A DNA stretch of 64,000 bases from Macrostomum hystrix (Eukaryota > Animalia > Platyhelminthes), in assembly GCA_950097015.1 (NCBI GenBank), contig CATNEN010000001.1:2914001-2978000 (forward strand), given 5' to 3'. Shown here one piece after another: positions 25,728 through 39,934 of this stretch. Position 1 is the stretch's first letter; every line of letters starts with the position of its first letter. The notes beneath the pieces were generated by a model. That model did no database searches and was not told where the DNA came from. It saw nothing but the letters and a program-made list of their open reading frames with translations. The position numbers and the translations under genes were made by a program.

Positions 25728-26045
25728 ATAAGATAAGACATGGGAGAGATCAGATATGTGAGAGATCAGACACGGGAGAGATCAGATATGTGAGAGATCA
25801 GATACGGGAGAGATCAGACACGGGAGAGATGAGACACGGGAGAGATGAGACACGGGAGAGATCAGACATGGGAGAGATCAGATATGTGAGAGATCAGACA
25901 CGGGAGAGATGAGACACGGGAGAGATCAGATATGTGAGAGATCAGACACGGGAGAGATGAGACACGGGAGAGATGAGACACGGGAGAGATCAGATACGGG
26001 AGAGATCAGATACGGGAGAGATCAGACACGGTAGAGATAAGACAG
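25728..26045. repeat. 16-bp purine-rich minisatellite gggagagat(c/g)agacac
   Basis: Direct periodicity. Confidence 0.92.
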
Positions 26046-26714
26046 ACACTTTATGTAGAGTGTAGACACTGTAGATAGATGTTCTATAATCTAGAATTCT
26101 TTATATATAAGAATGCTGAAGGCATAAGGTGAAAACAGGCAGGAAATAAATGAGACAGGGCAACGATGAGACGGTGAGATGGGGCAGTGGAGTAATTAAA
26201 CAGAGGAGGGTAGAGATCATACAAACAAGCAGGTGTGCAGCAGTTGCTTTCGACTCAATTGTGTTCTCAAGAGTCAAGACAAATATTTATCTCTTCTAAA
26301 TAATAAGAGTTGCAGAGAAGAGTTGAGAGGTCTCGCTAAGTACAGTGTCCAATCTACATATAATATGTATCTTTATATCCGATGAGAAACAGAGATTTAC
26401 CTGCATGGCTTTAGCGCGGCATATTCATGAATCGGAATAAAAATGAGCGGCATCCTTTTGATGTCGTGTTATCTATATGAATGTATGTGCGAGAGTGGTT
26501 TAGAGAATATAGCTAGTATGCATTAGTACAGTGCACAAAGGGTGTGGAAAAGGAAATTGCATAATTAACACTGAAAAGAAACCTAAATTAATGCGGCCCA
26601 GACTAAATCGTTGTTTCTTGTTAAATACTCAAGACTGTCCCTTTCTGCTTAGTCTCCAAAAAAAATAGAAGTAACTGAAAAAAATGAAGAAGAATGCCAG
26701 AAAAATAGCGGAGA

Positions 26715-27632
26715 AAAGACAGTGGAGAGATGAGACAGGGGAGAGATGAGACAGTGGAGAGATGAGACAGGGGAGAGATGAGACAGGGGAGAGATGAGAC
26801 AGTGGAGAGATGAGACAGTGGAGAGATGAGAGAGGGGAGAGATGAGACAGTGGAGAGATGAGACAGGGGCGAGATGAGACAGTGGAGAGGTGAGACAGGG
26901 GAGAGATGAGAGAGGGGAGAGATAAGACAGTGGGAGAGATGAGACAGTGGAGAGATGAGACAGGGGCGAGATGAGACAGGGGAGAGATGAGACAGTGGAG
27001 AGATAAGAGAGGGGAGAGATGAGACAGTGGGAGAGATGAGACAGGGGCGAGATGAGACAGTGGAGATGTGAGACAGTGGAGAGATGAGAGAGGGGATAGA
27101 TGAGACAGGGGATAGATGAGAGAGGGGAGAGATAAGACAGTGGGAGAGATGAGACAGTGGGAGAGATGAGACAGTGGAGAGATGAGACAGGGGCGAGATG
27201 AGACAGTGGAGAGGTGAGACAGGGGAGAGATGAGAGAGGGGATAGATGAGACAGGGGATAGATGAGAGAGGGGAGAGATAACACAGTGGGAGAGATGAGA
27301 CAGGGGCGAGATGAGACAGTGGGAGAGATGAGACAGGGGATAGATGAGAGAGGGGATAGATGAGAGAGGGGATAGATGAGAGAGGGGATAGATGAGAGAG
27401 GGGAGAGATAAGACAGTGGGAGAGATAAGACAGTGGGAGAGATAAGACAGTGGGAGAGATAAGACAGTGGGAGAGATAAGACAGTGGGAGAGATAAGACA
27501 GTGGGAGAGATAAGACAGTGGGAGAGATAAGACAGTGGGAGAGATGAGACAGGGGCGAGATGAGACAGTGGAGAGATGAGACACGGGAGAGATGAGACAG
27601 TGGAGAGATGAGACAGCGGAGAGATAGACAGT
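26715..27632. repeat. 16-17-bp purine-rich minisatellite gagagatgagacagtg, related to the array at 25728
   Basis: Direct periodicity; same orientation and same gagagatgagaca core. Confidence 0.95.
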
Positions 27633-28616
27633 GAGTCATTATCAACACGAAAGTTGTGAAACGGAAAGATAGGACTCAGGAGAGATAAGCCTCAGAGATC
27701 TCTTAGACTCACATGGATTGCAGACGCAGGACTTGACTGATTTATTGCTTCCCGAAAAGCCGGAGCAGTTACACAATGAGGCCTTTTAAACTCGTCTCAG
27801 CGTGCCAAAGCAATAAAACATGCAGCCCCTCAGCTATCGGTGAGGTCAAATAATCAGGTCCATGCAGCAAAGACCATGGCTAGACCCGAAGGCATGGGTC
27901 AGGGGGTTCATTGTCCTTGGCCAAAGCAGAACGATTCCTATTGTATTGATGTGACAATATATATATAAAACCCACGAAGTCGCGACAGTCATTTAACCAT
28001 GACAGCTGCTTTCGCATGTGAATGGAGAGCATGCATTAGCAATTTATGACTATAGCATCGAGGAGAAGACTATCGTAAATCATTGTCTGCCCCGTGAAAG
28101 CAACCCAGGCGTGCAGATTGACTTTGATCTCTTGCTTCAGTGCTGTCTAAAATGCGAGTAGATGCTCGAGTTACGCAACACTACAGTTATTCTAAGAAAA
28201 AACACATTGAAAATGTAGAAGTCGAATTAGATTGATCAAATATCGCTTTTTGACAAATTAGGCCATGTATTTCAATTGATGCGCAATGCTACTTAATTCC
28301 GTTGTGTCTCGCTGTACACACGGTCAAACATAAAAAAGCTTCGATGGTAAAATAAAAAAAAATTAAATTCGAAATCTAGACATTTGATCTTTATTCGCTA
28401 TTGTTTGTACAAATGCATTAAGCATAAGTATAATATACGTACAGTGCATCAAAAAGCAATCAGTTAAAAACCTTGTCCTTGCTTTGAAGCAGCAAAATAT
28501 CCGTGTTTTATAAAAATGCAACATGATGAATGGTAAAGCTATGTACAAAGAACTGTACATGCTCATAGTTCAGAGAAGTATGGTAGGACTTCAGTACAGT
28601 TCTGATCCCAGTGATA

Positions 28617-30713
28617 TCAGACCTCGCTGTTGCCAAGGCCATTTATCGGCGGATATTTGCTCTGACCTGAGCCAAGTAGCAGCAAAGTCTGCTGTTGCTG
28701 CTGCTGCTGCTGGCTATTGCCACTGGCTCTGCTGATACCGGTGTGAACAGGTGCGTGGAGCTTCTGGCGCTGCTGCATCTGATATGACTGCTGCTGTGGC
28801 GCCAGCTGCACCTGCTGCTGCCCACCTCGATGACACCTGCACAGTTGAGCAATGCGCGCTTGCCAGGCCCCGACGGACTTCATGTTGAGCCAGACAAACA
28901 GGCCAGCCGGCAAGCCAGGCGCAAGAGACATGAATATTTTCAGGGTGTAGATTGAAGAAGACGGCTGGGAATCGAGCTGGCAGCCTGCAGTCCAGGTGAG
29001 CAGTCCGCTAGAATTGACGCACTGCGGTCGGGCCAGCAGCTTCTCGACGTCGGACCACCACTGGCCTCGTTCCAGGAACTCGTAGGCATTCGCGGCCAGG
29101 ACGCAGGCCATCGGGAGGGCGAACAGGCCGGAGAAGATGCTGATTTTCGTCATCAGCGTTTCTAAGCGACGGAAGCTGGGATTGCCGTTGAATTTCAGGC
29201 GATGCCGGACGGACACGCTGGAGCAGAGGGCGCTGACCAGAAATCCAAAGCCGCACAGCAGGCAGAGAGCAACGGGAGCCATGGAGAACACCAGCAGGTT
29301 GGTGCCATTAGAAGCGTCGACTACACACAGGTGCGTGAGCTCATCCGCTTCTATGCGGTGAAGAACCAGCAGCACAACGCTAAGGACCAGAGGCACGCCC
29401 CAGGCGAAGATGTGCAGCCACACTGTCCGCTGGGCCAGGGCTTCGTGGGCCCACTTGCGGGCAGCGCATAGGTACCAGCAGACGGTCATTAGAAGCCACC
29501 AGAGGCAGCCGGCCGTGGCTGAGAAGTACAACAGCAGGAAGATTACGGCGCACCAGTGGCCGGCATGTCGGCTTACTCGATACAGCACTGGTGCTGAGCC
29601 GGTCGCGTCGGAGGGGCCGTCCAGCTGGTTGCAGGCCACCTTGGGTCCCAGAGCGGCGCGAAGGATGTGGCCCAAAGAGAATAGCATATAACAGGCCGCA
29701 ATCCATACAATGGGACGCTCGGGAAATTGGAATCTGTCGCTGTCCAAGGCAAATGTGAGCACAGCTAGCGAGGTGCAGACGAAGCAGAGAACAGCCGAGA
29801 TCAGCATCCAGATCTCGGCGAACGCCTTGTCTTTCCGGTTGAAAAGAAAGTCGGCGTCGCAACGCTGAGCGCAAGTGAAGCCACTCGTGTCGGCGCCCAG
29901 ACGAACCTCGGCTAGAGAGCATGCACGCCTGACTGACGGTGTTGATGCCGATTCCGCTAGTGGCCTCTCTGTTGGTGGCATGTCAACGGTGAGCCTCACT
30001 TGGGGTGTCACAGGCACAATCGGTCGCTGGATCGGCGGATGCTTTGGTGGGAACCTCGTGCCATCTCGACCGCTGTTAGGTTTGCCGGAGATTCCCATGG
30101 CAGCTAGACGATCGTTAAACTCTTGCGGATTCGGTCGCAGACAGAGATTCTTCCGACTGGAGTCGCCGATCTCCTGCTCCGGCAGCAGATCATCGCACGC
30201 CAGGCTGGTGGGCCAGTCGTGACCAAAGTGCAGCAGCATCGGCGTGCAGAGGTCGCGGATTCGTTGACAGAACTCGCGGCAAGGACGGACGAGCAACGAG
30301 TTCCGGCACATCGGCAGGTGCATCGAGCAGACGAAGAGGCGCATGAATGGCGCGCATGGCGCTTGGATCAGCTCCTTGTACTGCTTCAGGACGTAACCCA
30401 CATCCGACTGCTTCGTGAAGCTCTCCGCCGTAGTGTTGTAGTACTCGTGCTGACAGGTGGCCACCTCGATGACCGCCGGACTGCAGGTTTGCGCCCGACT
30501 TCCAGGATTGGCGATGGATGCAGCGGCTGCGGCGGCGGCTGCGGCGGCGGCGGCGGCGGATTCGTCGTCTGCGCTCAGTGCTGATTCGGCTGGCGGATCA
30601 GCTGCCACAACTCCTGAGAATGAGGGCAGCAGCAGGACGACTATCATGACGCATTTCAAAGCGACAGTCGCCCTTGATATCGTCGATGATGGCCAAAGAG
30701 CTGCTGAAGCCAT
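28617..30713 (-). CDS. FZD: Frizzled Wnt receptor (Fz4/9/10-like), 698 aa, intronless CDS
   Basis: Signal-like hydrophobic N-terminus; 10-Cys CRD (C..CQ..YNTT..C..FVCSMHLPMC..PCREFC..C..WPTSLAC); 7TM with FPERPI, WWLLMTVCW, KWAHEAL, HIFAWGVP; KSVGAW variant of KTxxxW; C-terminal SEV. Confidence 0.96.
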   Translation of the reverse strand: MASAALWPSSTISRATVALKCVMIVVLLLPSFSGVVAADPPAESALSADDESAAAAAAAAAAAAASIANPGSRAQTCSPAVIEVATCQHEYYNTTAESFTKQSDVGYVLKQYKELIQAPCAPFMRLFVCSMHLPMCRNSLLVRPCREFCQRIRDLCTPMLLHFGHDWPTSLACDDLLPEQEIGDSSRKNLCLRPNPQEFNDRLAAMGISGKPNSGRDGTRFPPKHPPIQRPIVPVTPQVRLTVDMPPTERPLAESASTPSVRRACSLAEVRLGADTSGFTCAQRCDADFLFNRKDKAFAEIWMLISAVLCFVCTSLAVLTFALDSDRFQFPERPIVWIAACYMLFSLGHILRAALGPKVACNQLDGPSDATGSAPVLYRVSRHAGHWCAVIFLLLYFSATAGCLWWLLMTVCWYLCAARKWAHEALAQRTVWLHIFAWGVPLVLSVVLLVLHRIEADELTHLCVVDASNGTNLLVFSMAPVALCLLCGFGFLVSALCSSVSVRHRLKFNGNPSFRRLETLMTKISIFSGLFALPMACVLAANAYEFLERGQWWSDVEKLLARPQCVNSSGLLTWTAGCQLDSQPSSSIYTLKIFMSLAPGLPAGLFVWLNMKSVGAWQARIAQLCRCHRGGQQQVQLAPQQQSYQMQQRQKLHAPVHTGISRASGNSQQQQQQQQTLLLLGSGQSKYPPINGLGNSEV

Positions 30714-31194
30714 TACTCCTCGGTGTAGTCACAAGAAATATTACTGTACGACTCGTAATTTCAAAGCTGTGGCTGCTCCGGGCTTTGAAGGGGGGTTTTC
30801 TAATTGTCAAACGCAGTTTAAAACTTCAAGATAAAAGTGGCATGCCCGCGACCAACAACAAAGGCCTCTGGTTGGCTAGAGCAGATTTATTACTTGAGGG
30901 GTCGTGCAGCGACAATGTACGAGCTACAATCGCTTGCTTTCGAAGCAAGGCTGAACATTGGTATCAAACCCCAGCCAACCAATAGAAATTCAGAGCAAGG
31001 AAAGGCAAAGCAACACAAGCTACTCATAAAATCATTTGAACTCTTAGAGTTAAACACTTTGTAATTCTATTCGTCAATAAACTAAATCTGTAGAAATTAC
31101 ACGCAGTTGTGGCATATCACATGATAAAACCATCAATATTGCAAAAACTTATTTCAAGGATGTCTTGAAAATCATATTTTTTTACCTTCACAAC

Positions 31195-34100
31195 TCCGAA
31201 AATATCCAAACTTTCGAGTCCCCAAACCTCAGAATCCCGAAACTTCAGAATCCCCAAACTTCAGAATCCCAAAACTTTAGAATCCCCAAACTACAGAATC
31301 CCCAAACTTTAAAATCCCAAAACTTCAGAATCCCCAAACTACAGAATCCCCAAACTTCAGAATCCTCAAACTTTAGAATCCCCTAACTACAGAATCCCCA
31401 AACTTCAGAATCCCCACACTTCAGAATCCCCAAACTTCAGAATCCTCAAACTAGAGAATCCTCAAACTTCAGAATCCCCAAACTTCAGAATCCCCAGACT
31501 TCAGAATCCTCAAACTTTAGAATCCCCTAACTACAGAATCCCCAAACTTCAGAATCCCCACACTTAAGAATCCCCAAACTTCAGAATCCTCAAACTACAG
31601 AATCCCCAAACTTCAGAATCCTTAAACTACAGAATCCCAAACTTCAGAATCCTCAAACTTCAGAATCCTCAAACTTCAGAATCCCCAAACTACAGAGTCC
31701 CCAAACTTAAAAATCCCAAAACTTCAGAATCCCCAGACTTCACAATCCTCAGACTTCAGAATCCCCAAACTACAGAATCCCCAAAATTAAAAATCCCAAA
31801 ACTTCAGAATCCCCAAACTTTAGAATCCTCAAACTACAGAATCCCAAACTACAGAATCCCCAAACTTCAGAATCCCCAAACTACAGAATCCTCAAACTGC
31901 AGAATACCCTAAACTTCCGAATCCCTAAACTACGAAATCCCAAAACTTGAGAATCCCAAACTTCGAAATCCCAAAACTTTGGAATCCTCAAACTACAGAA
32001 TACCCAAACTACAGAATCCTCAAACTACAGAATCCTCAAACTACAGAATCCTCAAACTACAGAATCCTCAAACTACAGAATCCTCAAACTACAGAATACC
32101 CAAACTAGAGAATCCTCAAACTGCAGAATACCCAAACTTCCGAGTCCCTAAACTTCCGAATCCCTAAACTACGAAATCCCAAAACTTCAGAATCCCAAAC
32201 TACGAAATCCCAAAACTTTGGAATCCCCAAACTACAGAATACCCAAACTACAGAATCCTCAAACTACAGAATCCTCAAACTACAGAATACCTAAACTAGA
32301 GAATCCTCAAACTGCAGAATACCCAAACTTCCGAGTCCCTAAACTTCCGAATCCCTAAACTACGAAATCCCAAAACTTCAGAATCCCAAACTACGAAATC
32401 CCAAAACTTTGGAATCCCCAAACTACAGAATACCCAAACTACAGAATCCTCAAACTACAGAATACCCAAACTACAGAATCCTCAAACTACAGAATACCCA
32501 AACTACAGAATCCTCAAACTACAGAATACCCAAACTACAGAATCCTCAAACTACAGAATACCCAAACTAGAGAATCCTCAAACTACAGAATACCCAAACT
32601 ACAGAATCCTCAAACTACAGAATACCCAAACTAGAGAATCCTCAAACTTCAGAATACCCAAACTTCCGAGTCCCTAAACTACGAAATCCCAAAACTTCAG
32701 AATCCCAAACTACGAAATCCCAAAACTTTGGAATCCCTAAACTTCAGAATCCCCAAACTTCAGAATCCTCAAACTACAGAATCCCCAAACTAGAGAATCC
32801 TCAAACTACAGAATACCCAAACTACAGAATCCTCAAACTACAGAATCCCCAAACTTCCGAGTCCCTAAACTTCCGAATCCCTAAACTTCAGAATCCTCAA
32901 ACTTCAGAATCCTCAAACTTCAGAATCCTCAAACTTCAGAATACCCAAACTTCAGAATACCCAAACTACAGAATCCTCAAACTACAGAATCCTCAAACTT
33001 CAGAATCCTCAAACTTCAGAATCCTCAAACTTCAGAATACCCAAACTTCAGAATACCCAAACTACAGAATCCTCAAACTTCAGAATCCTCAAACTTCAGA
33101 ATACCCAAACTACAGAATCCTCAAACTTCAGAATCCTCAAACTTCAGAATCCTCAAACTTCAGAATACCCAAACTTCAGAATACCCAAACTACAGAATCC
33201 TCAAACTTCAGAATCCTCAAACTTCAGAATCCTCAAACTACAGAATCCTCAAACTACAGAATCCTCAAACTACAGAATCCTCAAACTACAGAATCCTCAA
33301 ACTTCAGAATCCTCAAACTTCAGAATCCTCAAACTTCAGAATCCCCAAACTTCAGAATCCCCAGACTTCAGAATCCTCAAACTTTAGAATCCCCTAACTA
33401 CAGAATCCCCAAACTTCAGAATCCCCACACTTAAGAATCCCCAAACTTCAGAATCCTCAAACTACAGAATCCCCAAACTTCAGAATCCTTAAACTACAGA
33501 ATCCCAAACTTCAGAATCCTCAAACTTCAGAATCCTCAAACTTCAGAATCCCCAAACTACAGAGTCCCCAAACTTAAAAATCCCAAAACTTCAGAATCCC
33601 CAGACTTCAGAATCCTCAGACTTCAGAATCCCCAAACTACAGAATCCCCAAAATTAAAAATCCCAAAACTTCAGAATCCCCAAACTTTAGAATCCTCAAA
33701 CTACAGAATCCCAAACTACAGAATCCCCAAACTTCAGAATCCCCAAACTACAGAATCCTCAAACTGCAGAATACCCTAAACTTCCGAATCCCTAAACTAC
33801 GAAATCCCAAAACTTGAGAATCCCAAACTTCGAAATCCCAAAACTTTGGAATCCTCAAACTACAGAATACCCAAACTACAGAATCCTCAAACTACAGAAT
33901 CCTCAAACTACAGAATCCTCAAACTACAGAATCCTCAAACTACAGAATCCTCAAACTACAGAATACCCAAACTAGAGAATCCTCAAACTGCAGAATACCC
34001 AAACTTCCGAGTCCCTAAACTTCCGAATCCCTAAACTACGAAATCCCAAAACTTCAGAATCCCAAACTACGAAATCCCAAAACTTTGGAATCCCCAAACT

Positions 34101-37100
34101 ACAGAATACCCAAACTACAGAATCCTCAAACTACAGAATCCTCAAACTACAGAATACCCAAACTAGAGAATCCTCAAACTGCAGAATACCCAAACTTCCG
34201 AGTCCCTAAACTTCCGAATCCCTAAACTACGAAATCCCAAAACTTCAGAATCCCAAACTACGAAATCCCAAAACTTTGGAATCCCCAAACTACAGAATAC
34301 CCAAACTACAGAATCCTCAAACTACAGAATACCCAAACTACAGAATCCTCAAACTACAGAATACCCAAACTACAGAATCCTCAAACTACAGAATACCCAA
34401 ACTACAGAATCCTCAAACTACAGAATACCCAAACTAGAGAATCCTCAAACTACAGAATACCCAAACTACAGAATCCTCAAACTTCAGAATACCCAAACTT
34501 CCGAGTCCCTAAACTACGAAATCCCAAAACTTCAGAATCCCAAACTACGAAATCCCAAAACTTTGGAATCCCCAAACTTCAGAATCCCCAAACTTCAGAA
34601 TCCTCAAACTACAGAATCCCCAAACTAGAGAATCCTCAAACTACAGAATACCCAAACTACAGAATCCTCAAACTACAGAATCCCCAAACTTCCGAGTCCC
34701 TAAACTTCCGAATCCCTAAACTTCAGAATCCTCAAACTTCAGAATCCTCAAACTTCAGAATCCTCAAACTTCAGAATACCCAAACTTCAGAATACCCAAA
34801 CTACAGAATCCTCAAACTACAGAATCCTCAAACTTCAGAATCCTCAAACTTCAGAATCCTCAAACTTCAGAATACCCAAACTTCAGAATACCCAAACTAC
34901 AGAATCCTCAAACTTCAGAATCCTCAAACTTCAGAATACCCAAACTACAGAATCCTCAAACTTCAGAATCCTCAAACTTCAGAATCCTCAAACTTCAGAA
35001 TACCCAAACTTCAGAGTACCCAAACTACAGAATCCTCAAACTTCAGAATACCCAAACTTCAGAATACCCAAACTACAGAATCCTCAAACTTCAGAATCCT
35101 CAAACTTCAGAATCCTCAAACTACAGAATCCTCAAACTACAGAATCCTCAAACTACAGAATCCTCAAACTACAGAATCCTCAAACTTCAGAATCCTCAAA
35201 CTTCAGAATCCTCAAACTTCAGAATACCCAAACTTCAGAATCCCCAAACTACAGAATACCCAAACTACAGAATCCTCAAACTACAGAATCCTCAAACTAC
35301 AGAATACCTAAACTAGAGAATCCTCAAACTGCAGAATACCCAAACTTCCGAGTCCCTAAACTTCCGAATCCCTAAACTACGAAATCCCAAAACTTCAGAA
35401 TCCCAAACTACGAAATCCCAAAACTTTGGAATCCCCAAACTACAGAATACCCAAACTACAGAATCCTCAAACTACAGAATACCCAAACTACAGAATCCTC
35501 AAACTACAGAATACCCAAACTACAGAATCCTCAAACTACAGAATACCCAAACTACAGAATCCTCAAACTACAGAATACCCAAACTAGAGAATACTCAAAC
35601 TACAGAATACCCAAACTACAGAATCCTCAAACTACAGAATACCCAAAATAGAGAATCCTCAAACTTCAGAATACCCAAACTTCCGAGTCCCTAAACTACG
35701 AAATCCCAAAACTTCAGAATCCCAAACTACGAAATCCCAAAACTTTGGAATCCCCAAACTTCAGAATCCCCAAACTTCAGAATCCTCAAACTACAGAATC
35801 CCCAAACTAGAGAATCCTCAAACTACAGAATACCCAAACTACAGAATCCTCAAACTACAGAATCCCCAAACTTCCGAGTCCCTAAACTTCCGAATCCCTA
35901 AACTTCAGAATCCTCAAACTTCAGAATCCTCAAACTTCAGAATCCTCAAACTTCAGAATACCCAAACTTCAGAATACCCAAACTACAGAATCCTCAAACT
36001 ACAGAATCCTCAAACTTCAGAATCCTCAAACTTCAGAATCCTCAAACTTCAGAATACCCAAACTTCAGAATACCCAAACTACAGAATCCTCAAACTTCAG
36101 AATCCTCAAACTTCAGAATACCCAAACTACAGAATCCTCAAACTTCAGAATCCTCAAACTTCAGAATCCTCAAACTTCAGAATACCCAAACTTCAGAATA
36201 CCCAAACTACAGAATCCTCAAACTTCAGAATCCTCAAACTTCAGAATCCTCAAACTACAGAATCCTCAAACTACAGAATCCTCAAACTACAGAATCCTCA
36301 AACTACAGAATCCTCAAACTTCAGAATCCTCAAACTTCAGAATCCTCAAACTTCAGAATCCCCAAACTTCAGAATCCCCAGACTTCAGAATCCTCAAACT
36401 TTAGAATCCCCTAACTACAGAATCCCCAAACTTCAGAATCCCCACACTTAAGAATCCCCAAACTTCAGAATCCTCAAACTACAGAATCCCCAAACTTCAG
36501 AATCCTTAAACTACAGAATCCCAAACTTCAGAATCCTCAAACTTCAGAATCCTCAAACTTCAGAATCCCCAAACTACAGAGTCCCCAAACTTAAAAATCC
36601 CAAAACTTCAGAATCCCCAGACTTCAGAATCCTCAGACTTCAGAATCCCCAAACTACAGAATCCCCAAAATTAAAAATCCCAAAACTTCAGAATCCCCAA
36701 ACTTTAGAATCCTCAAACTACAGAATCCCAAACTACAGAATCCCCAAACTTCAGAATCCCCAAACTACAGAATCCTCAAACTGCAGAATACCCTAAACTT
36801 CCGAATCCCTAAACTACGAAATCCCAAAACTTGAGAATCCCAAACTTCGAAATCCCAAAACTTTGGAATCCTCAAACTACAGAATACCCAAACTACAGAA
36901 TCCTCAAACTACAGAATCCTCAAACTACAGAATCCTCAAACTACAGAATCCTCAAACTACAGAATCCTCAAACTACAGAATACCCAAACTAGAGAATCCT
37001 CAAACTGCAGAATACCCAAACTTCCGAGTCCCTAAACTTCCGAATCCCTAAACTACGAAATCCCAAAACTTCAGAATCCCAAACTACGAAATCCCAAAAC

Positions 37101-38580
37101 TTTGGAATCCCCAAACTACAGAATACCCAAACTACAGAATCCTCAAACTACAGAATCCTCAAACTACAGAATACCTAAACTAGAGAATCCTCAAACTGCA
37201 GAATACCCAAACTTCCGAGTCCCTAAACTTCCGAATCCCTAAACTACGAAATCCCAAAACTTCAGAATCCCAAACTACGAAATCCCAAAACTTTGGAATC
37301 CCCAAACTACAGAATACCCAAACTACAGAATCCTCAAACTACAGAATACCCAAACTACAGAATCCTCAAACTACAGAATACCCAAACTACAGAATCCTCA
37401 AACTACAGAATACCCAAACTACAGAATCCTCAAACTACAGAATACCCAAACTAGAGAATCCTCAAACTACAGAATACCCAAACTACAGAATCCTCAAACT
37501 TCAGAATACCCAAACTTCCGAGTCCCTAAACTACGAAATCCCAAAACTTCAGAATCCCAAACTACGAAATCCCAAAACTTTGGAATCCCCAAACTTCAGA
37601 ATCCCCAAACTTCAGAATCCTCAAACTACAGAATCCCCAAACTAGAGAATCCTCAAACTACAGAATACCCAAACTACAGAATCCTCAAACTACAGAATCC
37701 CCAAACTTCCGAGTCCCTAAACTTCCGAATCCCTAAACTTCAGAATCCTCAAACTTCAGAATCCTCAAACTTCAGAATCCTCAAACTTCAGAATACCCAA
37801 ACTTCAGAATACCCAAACTACAGAATCCTCAAACTACAGAATCCTCAAACTTCAGAATCCTCAAACTTCAGAATCCTCAAACTTCAGAATACCCAAACTT
37901 CAGAATACCCAAACTACAGAATCCTCAAACTTCAGAATCCTCAAACTTCAGAATACCCAAACTACAGAATCCTCAAACTTCAGAATCCTCAAACTTCAGA
38001 ATCCTCAAACTTCAGAATACCCAAACTTCAGAATACCCAAACTACAGAATCCTCAAACTTCAGAATACCCAAACTTCAGAATACCCAAACTACAGAATCC
38101 TCAAACTTCAGAATCCTCAAACTTCAGAATCCTCAAACTACAGAATCCTCAAACTACAGAATCCTCAAACTACAGAATCCTCAAACTACAGAATCCTCAA
38201 ACTTCAGAATCCTCAAACTTCAGAATCCTCAAACTTCAGAATACCCAAACTTCAGAATCCCCAAACTACAGAATACCCAAACTACAGAATCCTCAAACTA
38301 CAGAATCCTCAAACTTCAGAATCCTCAAACTTCAGAATCCTCAAACTTCAGAATACCCAAACTTCAGAATACCCAAACTAGAGAATCCTCAAACTTCAGA
38401 ATACCCAAACTTCAGAATCCCCAAACTTCAGAATCCTTAAAGTACAGAATCCCAAACTTCAGAATACCCAAACTAGAGAATCCTCAAACTTCAGAATACC
38501 CAAACTTCAGAATCCTCAAACTTCAGAATCCCCAAACTTCAGAATCCCCAAACTTCAGAATCCCCAAGCTTCAGAATTCA
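31195..38580. repeat. 7.4-kb satellite, 15-bp monomer aaact(a/t)cagaat(c/a)c(c/t)c, with kb-scale higher-order duplications
   Basis: The monomer is visible throughout; an identical 189-bp ORF recurs at 31979, 33846 and 36863. Confidence 0.98.
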
Positions 38581-39934
38581 GAATTCAGACGAAAATGAAT
38601 AAATACATCTGACGTACTGTCATATAAGGCAAGCAGGAGGCTTCTTAGGGTAAGGGTAATGCAATCGTAAAAGCCATAGCCCATATTGCATATCAGCACA
38701 CTGCACACTTGACAACTGTCATCTATCAGTGTCAGAGTTAGTCTTAAGAAACGGCCAGGCGAGAGCCAAGTAGAGCGAACGCAATGGGCCCGCTCTCTCT
38801 ATTCTATTCTCGTATATTATTTCTTTCGAAGCCTTCGTTGGTCGTTTCTTTTGAATTTAGCCGCGACGTTAAAAAGTGGTCATAAAAAAGGGAAAAATAT
38901 ACAACCTTGTCTGGCTGAAAACCTTTCCTCCTTCATATTCACAATATTAGACTAAGCTCAGTGGGGCCAGAAAAATTGTGCAAAGCAGGCGCCCACCCGG
39001 TGAGGCAATAAAGAAATTCTATTTCTTTAGCTCATTTCCATTTGCGAAGCAGAATTCATTTTCCAGTTTTGCCAGTACTTGTGGCACAGAATTTTTCTTT
39101 AAAGAAACTTAAAGTAAACTAGCAAATGCTTGTGAAATCTGAAAATAATTGGATCTATGACCAATGTACGTTAATTGACCATCTCCCATGAACACTTTCA
39201 ATAATGTAACACTGATTCCTCGAAAAAATACTGAAATGCTTCTTATCAATGACCGATGATTGTGAGCTATGACCATTTTTTCTTATCTAAGAACAATTTA
39301 TCTTATCTAATGACCTATTTATCTGATTTATGATTCCGACCTTCAGAATCCAAAACTTCAAATCCAAATCCTATGAGTTTCTCTGATTTAAACTCGTATG
39401 TACAATTATTCCTACAATTATAACTAATTTGTTCGTTCTATGACCACTTTTGTAATTTTATCTCCGATTTCCGTGATCTATTGACACACTACATTCAGCT
39501 TGGAAACACTTTTTTGATCTATGACCGAATGCCTCCCAGAATTATGACTACTCCCTCAATATCGTATGACTCATTTTTAGATTTTTATGATCTTCTATCC
39601 CAATTACTCTTTCTCTTCCTATTATTCTATCTAACTCTACTTTTTTAGGAAAACATTTTGTTATAACAATCATAAGTGCAGAGAGCATTTGCACAGAATC
39701 ATAAAACAGCTATATGGGGCAATAAAATATCCATAAATTATCACTACACAAAATCTGCTACGACACATGTAAACTTCACCCCCCCGATTTCTGAATAAAG
39801 TAAAGCGCGATTGTAAAAAATGAAAGGTTGTCCCGTGATAAATCATGTATTCCTGAATGCAATTTATGAAGGTCCTTCTCTATGACGACTTTTGTAAAAC
39901 CGCCTCTATCGTAGAAAGCTTAACTTAATTCTGA

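Noticed and set aside
28523-31064. Multiple antisense and alternate-frame ORFs over Frizzled (likewise over the Smad, LRR, Helitron and GPCR CDSs)
   Set aside because: Shadow ORFs of GC-rich coding sequence.
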